From positions 7,130,001 through 7,194,000 of the forward strand of contig NC_073408.1 of NCBI RefSeq assembly GCF_028641065.1: a stretch of 64,000 nt of DNA. Direction: 5' to 3'. Source of the stretch: Leucoraja erinacea (Eukaryota). The position numbers and the translations under genes were made by a program. Shown in pieces: positions 1-15,600 of this stretch (positions within the stretch are counted from its first letter, which is position 1; the number at the start of each line of letters is the position of its first letter). The notes under the pieces were generated by a model. It was not told the DNA's origin, did not search any database, and saw nothing but the letters and a program-made list of their open reading frames with translations.

Positions 1-84
1 TGGGGCCATGTTGATCAGCACCTGCAAAGTTGTACAACATCAAGGTGGCGGCAGAGGAACAAGCCCACAAATATAGCGTTCCAA

Positions 85-545
85 TACAATACAATACAAT
101 TTATTTGTATCATTTGAACCTCATTGAGGTTCAAACAAATTTTGGTTTCTGCAGTCATACACACAAGAAAAAGAACCAAGACACAACACAATTTACACAA
201 ACATCCATTACAGTGAATCACCTCCTCACTGTGATGGAAGGCAAAGTCTTATCTCTCCCCTGCACTCCTCATTCTCCTCCCGATGTCAAAGTCAAAGTCA
301 AAGCTCCCGGCGGGCGATGGTAGGTGTCCCGCGGCCATTAAAGCCGCGCCGGGTGATTCAAGGCCGCGCTCCGGGTCTTGGTGTTGGAGCCCCCGGCGGG
401 TGATGGTAAGTGTCCCGCGGCCATTTAAAGCCGCGCCGGGCGATGTAAGGCCCTGCTCCAGGTCATCCTCAACCCCGCAACTCGGGCGGGAGAAGTTACC
501 GTTGCGGAAGCCCCGAAAAGCGGTTTCCCAGCAGGGACCCGCGGG
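85..545 (-). mobile_element. GC-rich interspersed retroposon with microsatellite 3' tail (same family as 43265-44150)
   Basis: Reverse-complement similarity to ~43690-44150; (ATTGT)n tail. Confidence 0.7.
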
Positions 546-663
546 CCTTGCCCGGATTTTTCTGTCCACTATTTGTTTACAAATTTCAATAATTTCTGAA
601 TATTGTACTCTGAATTTGTATGTTTATAAAATTACTCAAATTAAAGTTAATAATTGAACTTAC

Positions 664-3600
664 AAGTTACCAGTCTGTTTGTTTGCTGTATTCCTGCCAC
701 TTTTATTCTCTTTTGATTTGGAACCTTCAATCTGAAACAGATATAGAGTGTGTATAAGTTGCTAACTTATTCCATAATAAAGTCACCATTCTAAGTCCGA
801 AAACTTGTTGCTGAATTCAGGAATTTACTACAAAGGGAGTAATGTACTTCCTCTTTACAAATTGTATAATGCAATCTCATTTTATAACATGATCGCTACC
901 TTTAAAATGTCATGTGTATTACAAGGATCTTTTTTTAATATGTAGTGATTAATGGCTAGATCAGCATCCCTAATTGACCTCAAAATACGTGAACAGCTAA
1001 GTGACTTCAGTGGGTAGTTAAGAAATATGAAACCCAGACAATGCGGGATCTGTAAAGGAAGATGAAGTGAGGAAGGCAGGTTTGATTTCTAATGAACATA
1101 CATCATTTTTTTCTTGGAATTTTCTTGTAACATGATTTTTTTTTCTCTAGTAAAAACACTTCCCACCATGTGATTAGATCCTAATGGAATCCGCTACATT
1201 AATGGAATGATAAATTACAAATCCTTTCACAGTAACAGCTGAGAGTTTAAGCTGTTAAGCTAATCACTAGCTGTTTATGACACAGCTGAGAGTTAGAAAC
1301 ATAGAAAAATAGGTGCAGTAGTAGGCCATTCGGCCCTTCAAGCCTGCACCGCCATTCAATATGATCATGGCTGATCATCCGACTCAGTATCCTGTATCTG
1401 CCTTCTCTCCATACCCCCTGATCCCTTTAGCCCCAAAGGCCACATCTAACTCCCTCTTAAATATAGCCAATGAATTGGCCTCAACTACATTCTGTGGCAG
1501 AGAATTCCAGAGATTTACCACTCTCTGTGTTAACTTGGCATAATGCCTGACACAGACATTGTGGGCCAAAGGGCCTGTTCACGTGTTGTTCTATGTAAAT
1601 GACACCTGAGGGCTTGGAAACTCACCGTCTTTTGCCGTGAATCCTGAAAAATGTCGACCTTCCAGATACATCCCATACAGTCAGGTGTAAGGCAGTCCAA
1701 ACCCAGAATATCCTGCAACATTTCAAGCAAAATCAGTTTTAGAAGTGAAAGGTACACTAGAGGCAACTGTGGAGGCCTCAATAGGCCCGACTATGGGTGA
1801 ACTGGGGTTGGGGACTGGACTTTGTGCCTTCCCTCATAATGGGAACCATTGTGGGGGGATGTTTTTTATGTTCTAAAACTCTTATTAATGTTATGTCTGT
1901 TCTTTCTTTATGTGCTGCAAAATGGCAATAAGCATTTCACAACACCTAGTGTGTATGTGACTAATAAAATACCTTTGATACCTTTTGATACTAAATACAT
2001 TTACTTTTATCATGACATCAAGCAGGAAATAAGACTATCGTTAATCTATGATAACAGCACAGACCTGCAATCTGGTCATACCCCCAGATTCTCTGGCCTT
2101 TCAAAGCATTGTTTTCTGTCTCATATCTTTGTTAGAAAAATGATCTAATCTGACTGTAGCCAATAGATGATTTATCATTTGAGTCCTTTAATGCACTACT
2201 TCCAAACGGAGAAACATTGCAAGAGACAAGGAAAGCATTTTGTTCAGCATGGACATGTTAGGCCAAAGAGCCTATGTCCATGCTGTATAACTCCTATAAA
2301 TACTTACTTTTTCAATTTTATCTTGGAACTCTTTAATTTTGCAGCGTTTCCAGCAGAATAAATGGTACTCGATACGGCAATCATAGCTGCAATGAACTCG
2401 GACAAAGCCCTGTAGAAAGAGAAAGTCCAACTTTTAATAACTCTATGCAGTGGAGTCAGCCACCCAGTATCCCTCGGGTGTGGGGATAACTGATTAAATG
2501 AGAATTGCTAAAAAACGAAACTACTGTAAATCACAAGTACTATATACTTAAACCTTTAAACAAAGTACTGGATTAGATCTCATCTGCCTACCTTTTTAAA
2601 TAACAATTTTAATACTGCAATAAAGCTGAACAGTATTAATGAACATTTTAAAAAAAATGAAAGACATCACAAAGCGCCTAGTTTTAAAATGGAATATTGT
2701 TGCTAATCAGCCTACAACTGTACAAAAGGACACAAAGTTCTGGAGTGATTCAGCAGGACAGGCAGCATCTCTGGAGAACATGGATAGGCGATGTTTCAGT
2801 CTGAGACCTTTCTTCAGTCTGATTCTTGGGGAGGACGGGGTTGAGTGAAGAAAGCTGGAAAAGGTCTACAGCACCATAATTTAACACGGCATTTCACAAC
2901 TTTGACTTTATGACAATTCAAATGAACATCAACTTATCCCTGACATTTACCGGCATATAAATTAAAAAAAATCCTACCTTGAAATCAGGATCGGACCTAT
3001 AAATGTCACATTTGTTGTTGTGGGTGCTACAGGATCGATAAAGGCAAACAGCATCAGGTCTCGGTGGACACAAACACTCTTTAAGAAGCGAGTTCAACAG
3101 GTCCTAGAACATAAAATACAACAAGGTAACTTAGCAAAAAAATAATTACAATTAAAATTGCAAGCTATAAATAATAATTGTTTTGTTACAACAACAAAAA
3201 AATCTGCTCAGGGCTCTTCATTGCACGTTTGCTTTTAACTGGGTTTTGAGATTACAGCATGGAAACAAGCCCTTCAACGCACCAAGTCCACAATGACCAT
3301 CGATCACCCGTTCACACCAGTCTATGTTATCCCACTTTCACATCCACTCCTTACACACCAGGGGCAATTTACAGAAGCCAATTAACCTACAAATCTGAGC
3401 ATCTTTGGGATGTGAGAGGAAACTGGAGCACTCAGAGGAAACGCACACAAACACGGAGAACATGCAAACTCCATACAGACAGCATCCAAGGTCACAATCC
3501 AACCCGGGTCCCTGTGAGGCAGTGGCTACAAGTTGTGAGGCAGCAGCTCTACCAGCTGCGACACTGTAAATACGGTATAATTATCAGACTTCCACAGGCA

Positions 3601-6600
3601 CCGGCTATGCACACATTTAACAACAGAATTACTTTAAAGGAAACACTTTTAACCCCCAGACAATGGCAAATTGGTTTATCCCTGCTCAATCACATTGCAA
3701 TTTCAATGAAATAATTCAGAAATCAATTATGCCATCAGACCAGCATTGGAATTATTCCACCCAAGCAGGACGAACTCACAGCAACCAATGCATAACCTTG
3801 TTGCTTGTGGCATCCTGCGACTGAGTAGAACAACAGAATTCTGAAGCTAAAGCTGGTTATGGCCTAACCAGTGTTGTACTCTGCACCAACCAGTTGGTCA
3901 GAAGAGGTCGATAGGCCTCATCAACAATAATTGTGTCAGCCACTGATGCCCATTGTATCCCCATAGGCAGATTTGACTTTTCATCTTGGATGTCAAAGCA
4001 CCTGGACCCACTGGCAAAGTCTCAACAGTCAATTCTGGCAGGTGAATATAGCCAGTTTATTCAATTTAATGGAAATAAATGTCACTTGAGATACAGCAAT
4101 ATTTTTCACATAATTAATAGCAATGGAATGGAAAAAACTCTGCTTCTCAAATGATCCCACCCTATGAATGTCTGTCATGGAATTTATTTTAATTGTAGCT
4201 TGTGTAAACAAGCAATGAACAAGTCTATGATGAGCATTTAATCTTGAACAAGGAATCTATTGCACAAAGGGTAGGATTGAGTAACTGCAAATTCCTAAGA
4301 GTCCTGTTCAAACAAGCCCCACAAGTGGTAGACAACTGAAGAGAAATCCAGTCAATCTTTATCCCCAGGGTTATAAATTACATGTAACTAGATGTTTGAA
4401 CAAGTCACCAGTAATTTTCCTGATCAACATCTGATTTCAGACACAAAGTGCTGGAGTCTCTCAGCATTTCTGGAGAACATACACTTTGTGTCATCCATGT
4501 TCTCTGGAGATACTGCCTGACCTTTTGAGTTTACTCCAGCACTTTACGTCTTTTTTTGCAAACTAGCATCTGCAATTCCTTGTTTCAACATCCAAATCCA
4601 CAGCACTCTGCCCCTAAGTGTTTGAAATTCTAATGAGGATATCGGTCCAAAATGCTATCACTGGAAAAAGGGAAGGATAGTCCAAATGCTGTCAGGGTCT
4701 AGAGTCCTGGTCACTTTCTACTGTTTCCCTTTTGATTGGTGCCTCTCTGAATATACTTACATCTAAAGTGAATATGTGGTGTAGTTTGTTTTGTATGGCA
4801 TTGCATCCCTTGCATCATCTCCATTCTGTAAATATCCATGTATCAAGCATTGAGCAAGTGTTAAACTCCAAAAAGTGTTAAATTGCCAAAACCAAAAGTC
4901 ATTTAGAATAATATGAATGTATTTTTTCTTGTTCACATCCAATCTGGATGAATTTAGCTCTCAAACTTACCCACTGCGTACTTTTCTTTCAAGAGAAATT
5001 AGTGTTTCTGAATCCTGGATTGTCAGGTCACCAAAAGTATTTCATTCCCAACTGGTTTTTACCCAGCTCATAAAGAATACAGCATTCCAGAAAATCGTAC
5101 GCTTTAAATATTTTCTAGATTTTTTTTCAAACGCAGCTTGTGCAAACATTACAGCAAATAGATGTAACCACTATGTTATATTCAATATCACTAACTTTAT
5201 TTTTCTCAGGAACCCTACTCAAATTATTGATTACCCAGTCATGCTCTCAGTACATTTATGCATAGGAACACTAAACTTGAAAGTCAAAAATATATCAAAT
5301 AACAAAATTCAATTGTATTCAGCAAGGATTCTAAGAATGTAACATTATTTAATAAAACAACTTTTCACTTACTGAATATACTCATTCAGCAGCTCAGATT
5401 GCAATGATTGTGCACCACAAAGGCATCAGCAAAAATAAAAAGGAATGTAATTTTTTACATTCAAAACAGAATATGCTGGAAAAATTCTGCAGGTCAATCA
5501 GCATCTGTGAAGGGCAAAACATTTGTTACTGGTCTGCAATCCTTTGTCATTTGCAGACCCAAAAAATAAATAAACCACTGAGAAACCATTCCGCACATAC
5601 TGCATTTTTTGTTGAATTTGTTGAATTTTTCCAGCATTTTCTATTTTGGCTCAAAATTTCCAGCTTCTGGAGTTTTTCTTAGAATCGTATAAAACTTTAT
5701 AATCCTACATAAATCTATCATGAGTAAAAACTATTTGGACTAACGCATGGGCATTCCTTACTTTCAATACACCATCCCTGGTTTCTTCAATGACAGTATC
5801 TGTGCCTGGCCACGTCTGAAGCCCTGGGACTAAACCACTCTCAACCAGCTTCAGAGACTCCTCCACAGATGATCTTGCTTCTTTATATCTAGAAGTAAAT
5901 TATCGAGTTAAATGTAACAAGGCAGAAACATTCTTGTATTCCTGTTCCTTTGTGAGACAAAAATACAAAAACCAGACCATCCCCCTGTATGCCTCCATTG
6001 TATTCAAGATAGTCTGAATATGTTGGAGCGATGCTCAGGTTTTTGTATTTTTGTCTCACAACGGAACAGGACTGCACCCGAGGACACAACAACATTTTCC
6101 TCCTCTCACCATATTCCCTCTAGTTTTCTACCATGGGGTAAAGACTGTGAGCATTCACGTTAACCAGGCCGATCATGATCTTGTATACTTCAATAAGTTG
6201 CTTCCGCTATTCTGTGAGTTTTAGAGGAGGGTGATTAGGTCTATGCTGGACTCACACACTCAGTCACATGAAGTAAGTATGTGATGGGAGGGATGGTGGA
6301 TTGCTTGGAACCTTGTGATTTGGTTATATTCTTTGTGCTTAGCCTGAGCATACAAGGCAAGGTGCTCAGTGCCTTCTTGGATGTGCATTTCCATCTTAGT
6401 GCCTGCTTCCAAAAGATGCATGCGCTCGTGAAGACATTACATGTTTTCAAATAAACACTGTGAATGTTTAAAGTGTTTCCTCTGTCCCCCTAAGCATTTT
6501 TTTGTAATCAGATTGTTGTGGTAAATGTTCATAAATCTCACTATTTCTTCTGCTAATCTTTTTCCTTGGGTTGAGGATCACTTGCTTCCAATGTTCTATG

Positions 6601-9600
6601 GATTCTGAGGTGGCTGGTGAGGTCATGTGGGATTCACAAACTCAGCTACAGGTGAGATAAATGGTCCTTGATGGGAAGGTGAACTTAATGTCAGGTATGC
6701 AGACAATATGGCACGCTCCTAAAATTGCTGGAGTGTGATTAGAGCCTCAATGCAGGAGATGCTGGCTGAGGAGATAAATCAGATGTTGTAGAATAGGCAA
6801 ACTCATGGATTTGGAGGATTTTGCAGCAAGGGCATTAGCAGTATTTTGAGCTGCCTGTCATATGTTGTCTGGTTAACTGTTTAAGATGATAGGGATCAGT
6901 GCTGTCTATAGACAAAATCAAACACTTTTCCTCAGCCAGCTCATGGTTGTGCTGGCACAATGACTGATGATGCCTTCAATAGTGAATTTCCATCACTGAG
7001 TGCATGCCTTCATGAAAAAAAGTGTGATTAAAATTTTATCCAAGTACAGGTAAAAACCTTTTACATGTTCCAGAAACCGAAAAGCTCCGAAAAGTCCAGA
7101 GCAGAAACCTTTTGGCGCCAAACCTACGGTCAACCCAGGTCTGGACTGTGGCTGCCTCCTTGCGGGAGAATCTGTCCATGCTTAAATGTAAAGAGGGCTT
7201 TTTGTGAAGGGGGGTGAAGGGGTAAACTTTAATTCTTAGTCCCCTATTAGACGGGGAGCGGTATGCCTTACCGGGTCGCTGTGCAGTACCGGTCAGCGGG
7301 CGGCGCAGGTTGTAGGCAACACCCCTGGCTGCGAGGCGCTCCAAATTGACGCCCCAGCTTACAGCGCATGTATGAGCTTTGGCCGCCTCACACATATGGA
7401 TTTTAAAACCAGGGGTAAAGTTCTCGGAGCTGTTAAAATCCAGCGACGCTCCCGAATTTCTCTGGTTTTGGAAAGACCGGTAAGGCATTTGAATCCCAGA
7501 CGCCGCCGACTCCCGACAGTTCTGGGAATTTGGAGCGCCTCGCAGCCAGGGGTAGAGTTGGTTCTGGGTCAAGATGGAGTCGCCGACCAGGTAGGTAGGG
7601 GACTAAGAATTAAAGTTTCCCCCTTCACCCCTACACCACCACCACCACATAAAATCCCTCCAAACTAACTGACTAACATTTATGCAAGTCTCCAGACTTT
7701 TCAACCGCCCCGCGCTACCCTAATCTACGCTAAAAAGCTTCCATTCTGAAATCCCTCCGAAATCCGACAAGTGGTCTGGTCCCAAGGCTTTTCGATAAAA
7801 CCGCAGATAATTACGACCGTCTTTAAATATCTGACCCGTTAGTATGCATTGCTCAGAGTGCTATAAATGTGACCTTTAATGTATATTTTCTCAGCTAAAA
7901 CATGTTAAAATACCGAATTTCTCTGGTTTTGGAAAGAATTTTTGAATGAGTTCCATTTGGAAATGACAAATTTCAAAAATCTGACCCGTTATATGCATTG
8001 CTCAGAGTGTATGGAAGCACATACCATTTGGAAATGAAAATCAAAAATTTCCATAAGTAAAGCACATACCTGTTCCATCGGATGTGGACACGGCTTAGAC
8101 CATAATATGAGAGGCAGGTGAAGTGGCTGGAATCTTCATCACTGAACTCATCAAAAATTTTCTTAAAATGCCGTTCAGCCTCTAAAACATCCTAAAACCA
8201 TCAATAAATTCAGGAGAAAAAAATAAATCATGTGTCATCCTCATAACTTATTCTCTACTGTAAGAAGGTAATGTATTTAGCCTACAACAGTTCACGGAGC
8301 ACTTTAGTATATTTTATTGATGTTGCTTTAAAATATTGTTCTTATCCAGTGACTTAAACCCATTACAAAAATTCTTTATCAATTATTTATCAATGTAGCA
8401 ATATTATTTTCTTGCCATGTACGCAGGGGAAAATTTCCCTTCTCGTGGCTCCAGTAAAAATGGAAAATGAAATTAGCCTCCAATACCATCTAGCAATTCT
8501 GTTGTAGAACTGTTTGTATTAATATATAGCATATCCAACATACTCAGGATAATTCCCTGCAGAAATAGCAAATAACGTTTTATACAACGCATATAAAGGA
8601 GATATTGGACTGGATGGCTTGTTCAGTGATAGGCTTTGAGGAGGAGGGAGAAGTGCCAAGATGGGTTATGGGAAGTAATTCTATTCACCAAATTATTATT
8701 TTGTTTAATGATGGGCGATAGATCAAGATTCAGAGGTAAACTTGGTGCTGTCATCAATGGAAATTATATAAAACTGTACTGCATGTTATAATGTAGCTTT
8801 CATTTAGACAAAGTTTGATGACTAGACCCATCCCACTATCATCGAAGAATAAAAATTCACACCTGAATTAAATTATTTCCCAGAAAGGCCAAGCCACAGG
8901 CGTACTCAATGAGTATGTACTCCATGGTAGTCAAGTTGTACACCTGTAATGGAAAATCAAATGAAATTAATAAATAGACTAACATCTAATATTCTGTTCA
9001 GACACACAATAAACTTCAGATGCTCGAATTTGGAGCAATAACAAAAGTTGGAAAAATTCAGCAGGTTGAGCAACATTTGCGGAGGCAAAAGAATGATTGA
9101 CCTTTCTGGTCGAGTTATTGTATCAGCAGTGAGTGCAGAGGGAAGATATTGAAGACTACACTCATCATTCTCCCCTAAATCTAAGCATATGATCACCCCA
9201 TCATGCTTCCACACAGGTTTTCAAGGATCCAACAAGAAAAAAAGTCATAACCTTTTTAAAATGTACTTAAATTTATTTTGTTTGTTGTGTTATCTATAAG
9301 TAATGTTTACAGACGTGTTACGGTGCTGCAAGAATTTAATCGTTCCGTTTTTGGTACATTTGACAATTAAACACTCTTGACTCGAAACTCTTGATAATCT
9401 ATGCTTTGCTAACAATCTGAATGCCTCCCAAAAGAAATCTAAATTCCTTCAACAAAAAAACATTCTCCACGTATTCTAGCTGTAATATTGCCTTTGCAAT
9501 GTTCTTTTTTACCTCTATCCAGTTCCTTTTCCCGCAAATAATTATTTTGCCAAATTGGTCTCAGTATCACTTTCATGTACAGCCTCTTTTACCAAATAAC

Positions 9601-12600
9601 GGCACTTAGAAACAAATGTGCAAATTAATTAAATACTCAGGATCTTTAGCATAGTCACCTGTACATGATGGTGGAAAGAGCTGCAAAGAACAAGGAGAAA
9701 GCCAAAACTGAGCAGCAATCAAATTAGAGGTGCTAAGGGTTCTTGACACATTTCATCATTTTTAAATTAAATCAATTCCAGGGAACATTTCATGGATTGA
9801 AAGGAGTTCAGACAATGGTCCGGATTTTTTATGACCACAAAATACTTTATTTCCTTTCAACTATTGTCGGAAGGATATAACCCAGTCAATGCTGAGAAAA
9901 GAAAACAATTCTTCTCGGTTGCAACCGTCTGGACTGACAACTTGACCTTTCTACATAAAAATGTAAAACCACAAAATAGCAAGATTCAGATATTAGGGAA
10001 AAACCTAAATGACTGAACTTTCTATCAGCGCCAAGTATAGCTTAGAGATTTTCAAGTACAGTCATCTATAAGGAATCTGGAACTGTACACTGCAGTCTCT
10101 ACAAAGAAATTTAAAGATAAACTAAATTTGGTGCCTATATAAGAGCAATTGACTTCTATTATTCAAGGAGAACACTTCAATAGATTTGCTGCTTTGTCCA
10201 AACAATGCAATGTAATATTACTGTGTTGTGTTATCTATAAGTAACGTTTTTGCAGACCTGTCACGCTGCTGCAAGTAAGAATTTAATCGTTCTGTTTTTG
10301 GTATTTCTTATCAAAGACTGCATTTGCAAAATAAGGAATATGTCAATAGTATTTAAAACATCTCTGACGGTGAAACTTACTTTCTTTTCTTTTATTAATT
10401 TAAGGGCATGCAGATAGTTTTCCTGAGCATTTCTAAAATTAGATGCCATCAGGGCCTCAGAAGCTTCTTTCAATTTGCATTTCAGCAACCTTTCTTCCAC
10501 CTGCAACATAAAGAGATGAATCAAAAACTTAAAAATGCTTAACAAGTAGATAATGAGATTATTCTTGTCTCACTGTCCAAGAAAATTGCTGTTTTACATT
10601 GTCATTAATACCACAGAATGCGTGATTCCAATAAAGCAGCACAATGCTATCTGAGCTAATATTACATACAAATTAATATTACTTAAATGGCAAGTTTTAA
10701 AAGCCAATGCACTTTGAATACTAAATCCACAACGTAAAAATAAATAAAGTGTCTTTTATAAAAGGTGCATATGTATCATTTTCCAATATTAACATCATGT
10801 TTCTAATCCTTACTAGCCTCTCGAAGTAAAGTGATCATGTTCCTGAGCCAAAAGGCCAGTGAAATGTTGGTCACCTTAAAATACAACCATGAAAACAGTG
10901 CACAGAACGAGATAGATCACAGTTATCTATCTAACAGTGGATTAATTGAACTCAAAACTTCAATTTTTATACACGTGACCTCTTCCAGAATACAGAGGCA
11001 TTTAAGAAAATCGTGTAAGCCAAAAACAGAAGTTGGAGATCAACTATCCTGTTGTCATACCTACTGCAAGACAATAAAAAGGATTTTGAGAATTTCCCAG
11101 ATATTCCACTGTAGAAATAATCAACTGCTCCCATTATTAAGTTATACTTGGAGGAATTCAATTAAATTATACTTTATTGTCACATGTACCTAGAAAGTAC
11201 CTAGGTACAATGCATAGCTTTATTTTTGCATACAACCTGGTAAAATTATAAAGCACACCTCACCTAGGCAATACCTAGCAGTCACCATGTTTCTGGCACC
11301 AACAAAGTTATATAAATGCACTAATTGATAGTCACTCAATGGTCCCAAAGGTCACTTAATTATTTGGTGCGTTCAGGGTGTGGTAATATTCAACAACTGT
11401 AGTAACTTTTCTTTCCTGGATAAGAAGTTACAACATCTCTAAATTTAATCAGAATTTCTATTGACTTCAAAAAAGACTGAAACATGAGAATTTAATTGTT
11501 GGATCTGCTGGACAATGATTCCAAAAGATTTGTTTTCGCCTCGGCCATTTTAAATCTGAAAAGTAGAAGTCAGGCCCAACACTCATCAAGAAGAGGTTGT
11601 GCGATTTCAAGCGTGTTCCTATTCTCGTAAATTTCGTAGATATTCTCATAAATCCATAAAATATTTCTGCTCTTGAAGCAATTTTGCAACAAATTGATGT
11701 TTGTTAGTTCTCCACCCAGACATCAGACAATTTAATCTGAACAGGATGAGGAGGATGCGACCAACGCATGCATACGCAGAAGACTAAACAAACCGCAATA
11801 TTTGTATTGGTTAAACTGAAGTCAACTATTCCGACCTATACATTAGATCAGAATGTCTGGAAAACTACTTTGAAGCTGCCCTAACTGAATTCCATCATTG
11901 TTGAGATATATAGCCAAATGATGGATAATTTAAAATGTCTGCCTTCATTAAACTCTGTTCTTGCCCTTATTTTCCAAAGACCAAAATTAAAAAATGATTG
12001 AATTCAAAGTCAAGGTCATTTTGTTTGACTTCTTCACATAGCTAATCTCTGATCTAAATCTCACAATCCCAGCACAAAAGTGTGGTAAAGCACCTCCAAT
12101 GCATGTTGTGTACGAATTTCAGGGTCTTTAAGAGGGTAAAGATCTAGTTAAGAAGTAATTCTGAGGGTAACGATCTTGTAACATTTAACAAGCTAAATTA
12201 TTGCAGTTCAATTGCAGACAAAATGCTGTCTTTTCATTGGAATAAAGGCTAATTGGCAAAAAAACAAAATTAAAAAAAAATTAACAAAGATAAAAACTGA
12301 GCATGATGAAAAGCTTATGTTTGAAAGGTTAGTGCCATACAAATATTATTTGAAACTTTGGGTTGAAAATACAAGAATATAAAGCTTCCCTCTCACGAAA
12401 GAGAAAAATAATTGGCATCAAACTTAAATTAGTTTTCCAATTATGCATTTTTTTGAAATTGCGTATTGCCTCAAGTATTGTCAGGGTGTAGGTGGAGTTT
12501 CATTATAAATATAGTCCACTACAACATTCAAACAAATGAAATCAGAAGAATCTGCTCGACAGTGCAAGTAAGCCAAACTTTCACATTTGCTTTGGGAATA

Positions 12601-15600
12601 TTAACATTTAAGAATGCATTGTAAAATTTCCTCATTCATCAGCTTAATCGGAAGTATCTCATAAGAGTAATGAAATTGGAAATAATGTCGTACATGATTT
12701 ACAGCTGTTGTTGCTTTGAAATGCCTCCAAGATATCAATAATAATTGCTAAATATTCTTTTTCTAAGCATCATATTTGTAATTGTCTATAAGATCATTTA
12801 ATTTTACAGCAACCAATCAGCCCGCTGAAAAAAAATAACTTTTGGTCAATCCCACCTCTCGGCGAGGGTCTCTGCTTCAACTTTTTAAGACAGTTACTTG
12901 CAGGCCACAGCCTCCATTCCCCTCCCTCAACCCACACACAAAACTTTCACTCATTGGGTTAGGGTTAGCCTTGCCATGGTCAGCAAAGTGAGTGATCAAA
13001 GCACTTTCTTCCGTGACAGCCCAGATTCTATGATCTTCCTTTTACCTCCTTAGATGCAATGGATAGTCCCTCAGTCCTTGTCCACCTAAATACACAAATA
13101 TCTGATCCCATCGAATAGTCTCTAGTAACTTTCCTACCGCAGATGTTAAGCTCACTGGTCTCTAGTTCATTTGCTACCCTCCACTTTCCCAGCACCTCAC
13201 CTGTATTTAATCCAGGAGCTGAATTGAGAGAGAGAGGTTGCTGAGGTTGTAGCAAAGCCAACAATTAATTTAACTTGGATAGATTAATAAGCATTCAATC
13301 TGTTGTATGCTGGATATTCTGTCTTTTAGTGTAACTCGATTTTGAAAACCTTTTTGAAAGTTTTGTAAAAAAATTTGAAAACCATGTATCATTTTCCTTC
13401 CACTTCACAATTATGCACCACTTTGTGTTGGTCTCTAACACATAAAATCCCAATAAAATAATTTACGTTTGTGGTTGTAACGTGACAAAATGTGGAAAAG
13501 TTCAAGGGGTATGAATACTTTTGCAAGCCACTGTATGTTGCACATATTAAAAGTCCTCTAAAGTTAATTTTAAATGTTGTTGATTTTATATTCAGATCTC
13601 CGATCCTTCTATTTTATTGAATGTTTTTCATATTAAGTTTCAATGGAGATTAGGAGTACAAATCCAAATATCACTCGGAACAAGAGCCTGCCCTCTTTTC
13701 TGTTGTGCGATAAATTATATACTTCACGTGTCGACCCAAATACTATAGATTATTGGCTGCAAGCTCAGTTTCACTATTTGCTCCTTCTACAACAGAAGGA
13801 AATTTGAGGTAGCTATAATGGCTCGATTGTAATCAGGTGTTGTCTTTCCACTGACTCGTTAGCATGCAACAAAAGTGTTTCACTGTACCTCGGTACACAT
13901 GACAATAAACTAAACTGAAACTTAATTGAGTTGTGTCTTGCAGATATAAAATACAAATCAAACATTGACTTTCAAAATTTTGCACAAATTCTTGCACAGC
14001 ATTAATTTTATTTTACTTTTCCTACCTTTGAACTCATTACCAGTGTTGGTTCTTCGTGCTGTTCTGTGGTTGTGTTGTAAGCTACATGCTGCTTGCTCTC
14101 ACTACTTACTTGTTCCACTTCCTTGAGCATTACCCGACTGTAATAAAAATAATTGCTTGTCACATTTGTCACAAATTTTTTAATAGTATATCATGATTCA
14201 AGGACATGCAAGTTATTAAAAGAACATTTTAAAGAAACGCAAATGCTGGTCATAAGATAAATATACTTAAGGTGGGTGCAGTACAATGTGTGATGGACAA
14301 ATTATGTACAAAAAGTGGTAGTTGTCAATTAGAACAATCAAAATTTAGATACCCACACTTCTGAAAGAATAATTTAGCAACCTAGATTAAAATCTGGATG
14401 CCAGAGACGGCAGATAATTATAAAAAAAATACTTGATTTTAATAGAACACAAAGCGTGGAGTAACTCAGCGGGTCAGCTAGCTTTCTCCCTTACTACAAT
14501 CGGTCTGAAAAAGGGTCATGACCTAAAATGTCACCTATCCATTCCCTCCACAGATGACTCCTAACCCGCTTGGTTACTCCAGCACTGTATTCTAAACAAG
14601 GTTACAGCATCTACAGTTCTTTATCTAATTTGAATGCTTTACCTTTCACCAGGTGATGGCTGTGCTGCAGAAGATACAGAGGAGTTCATGTCCTTTCTAG
14701 GATCAATAGGAGATGATGATGCAGTTGTTGCAGTATCAGTAGAAGGTGTAGAAGCATCTTTTCCAATGTCTATACCCAGGAACGATGGAGTTTTTGTACC
14801 AACTGCAAGTATACATTTTTCTTGGTTGTCAGATTCCACAGAATTACATGGAATTGCAAAATCTCCTTGGTCTTCTTTCAAACTGGAGTTTGACTCGGAA
14901 TCAGAAGTACATCCGCTAGATAACATCTTTGATCCATGACCTTGGTTCAATCTGTCAAAGTTATCATTTCCAGAATCAGAGCTGCTACCACTGAAGTTCA
15001 TTGATAGGAAAGGAATCTGAAAAACAAAACATATTATTTGATAGAATGGCTATAAAAATGAAACTATATATCACCAGTGAAGTGAATGCAAAATATTTTA
15101 TCCAGAAGTTTTGCTGTTTATACAGCACACTGGGACCATTTAACCTACTCTTCCAGTATATCATTGGTAAAAAAACCTGTGAAAATATCAAAGCCCAGTG
15201 TAAACTTTCATTCTTTTGCATTTTCCCCTATTATTCTTCTGGAGCTCTGTATGATTCTGTAGGCACACATAGCTCATCAAACTAGGAACCCTGTACAGCA
15301 AGCAATTGCAAATATATCACCTTTATTTTACGTAAATGGTCAATCCAGGGAGCTGGCACTCAAAATAAGGTGAAAATTCATTACTCATCACCAGCAGCTC
15401 AAGGTAATGAAGGGGAGACTCATTTGTTTTAACAACGGTGGAAGGTGCTATTAAGTAAAATGGTGAATGACGATATAGTTGCCATGGTAGTATTTTCCAG
15501 CACCTGTGGCCCTCTTCTTTCTCAATAGTGTTTTATGACAAATTAGGTTGCACCTCCTGATGAAACAGGTGGAGAAAACAGTCTTCCACAAATAAATGAA

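Noticed and set aside
11467-11790. CpG-containing stretch with short ORFs inside a TTC3-like intron
   Set aside because: The flanking exons already join in phase 0; the frames read contain stops, and no family was recognised.
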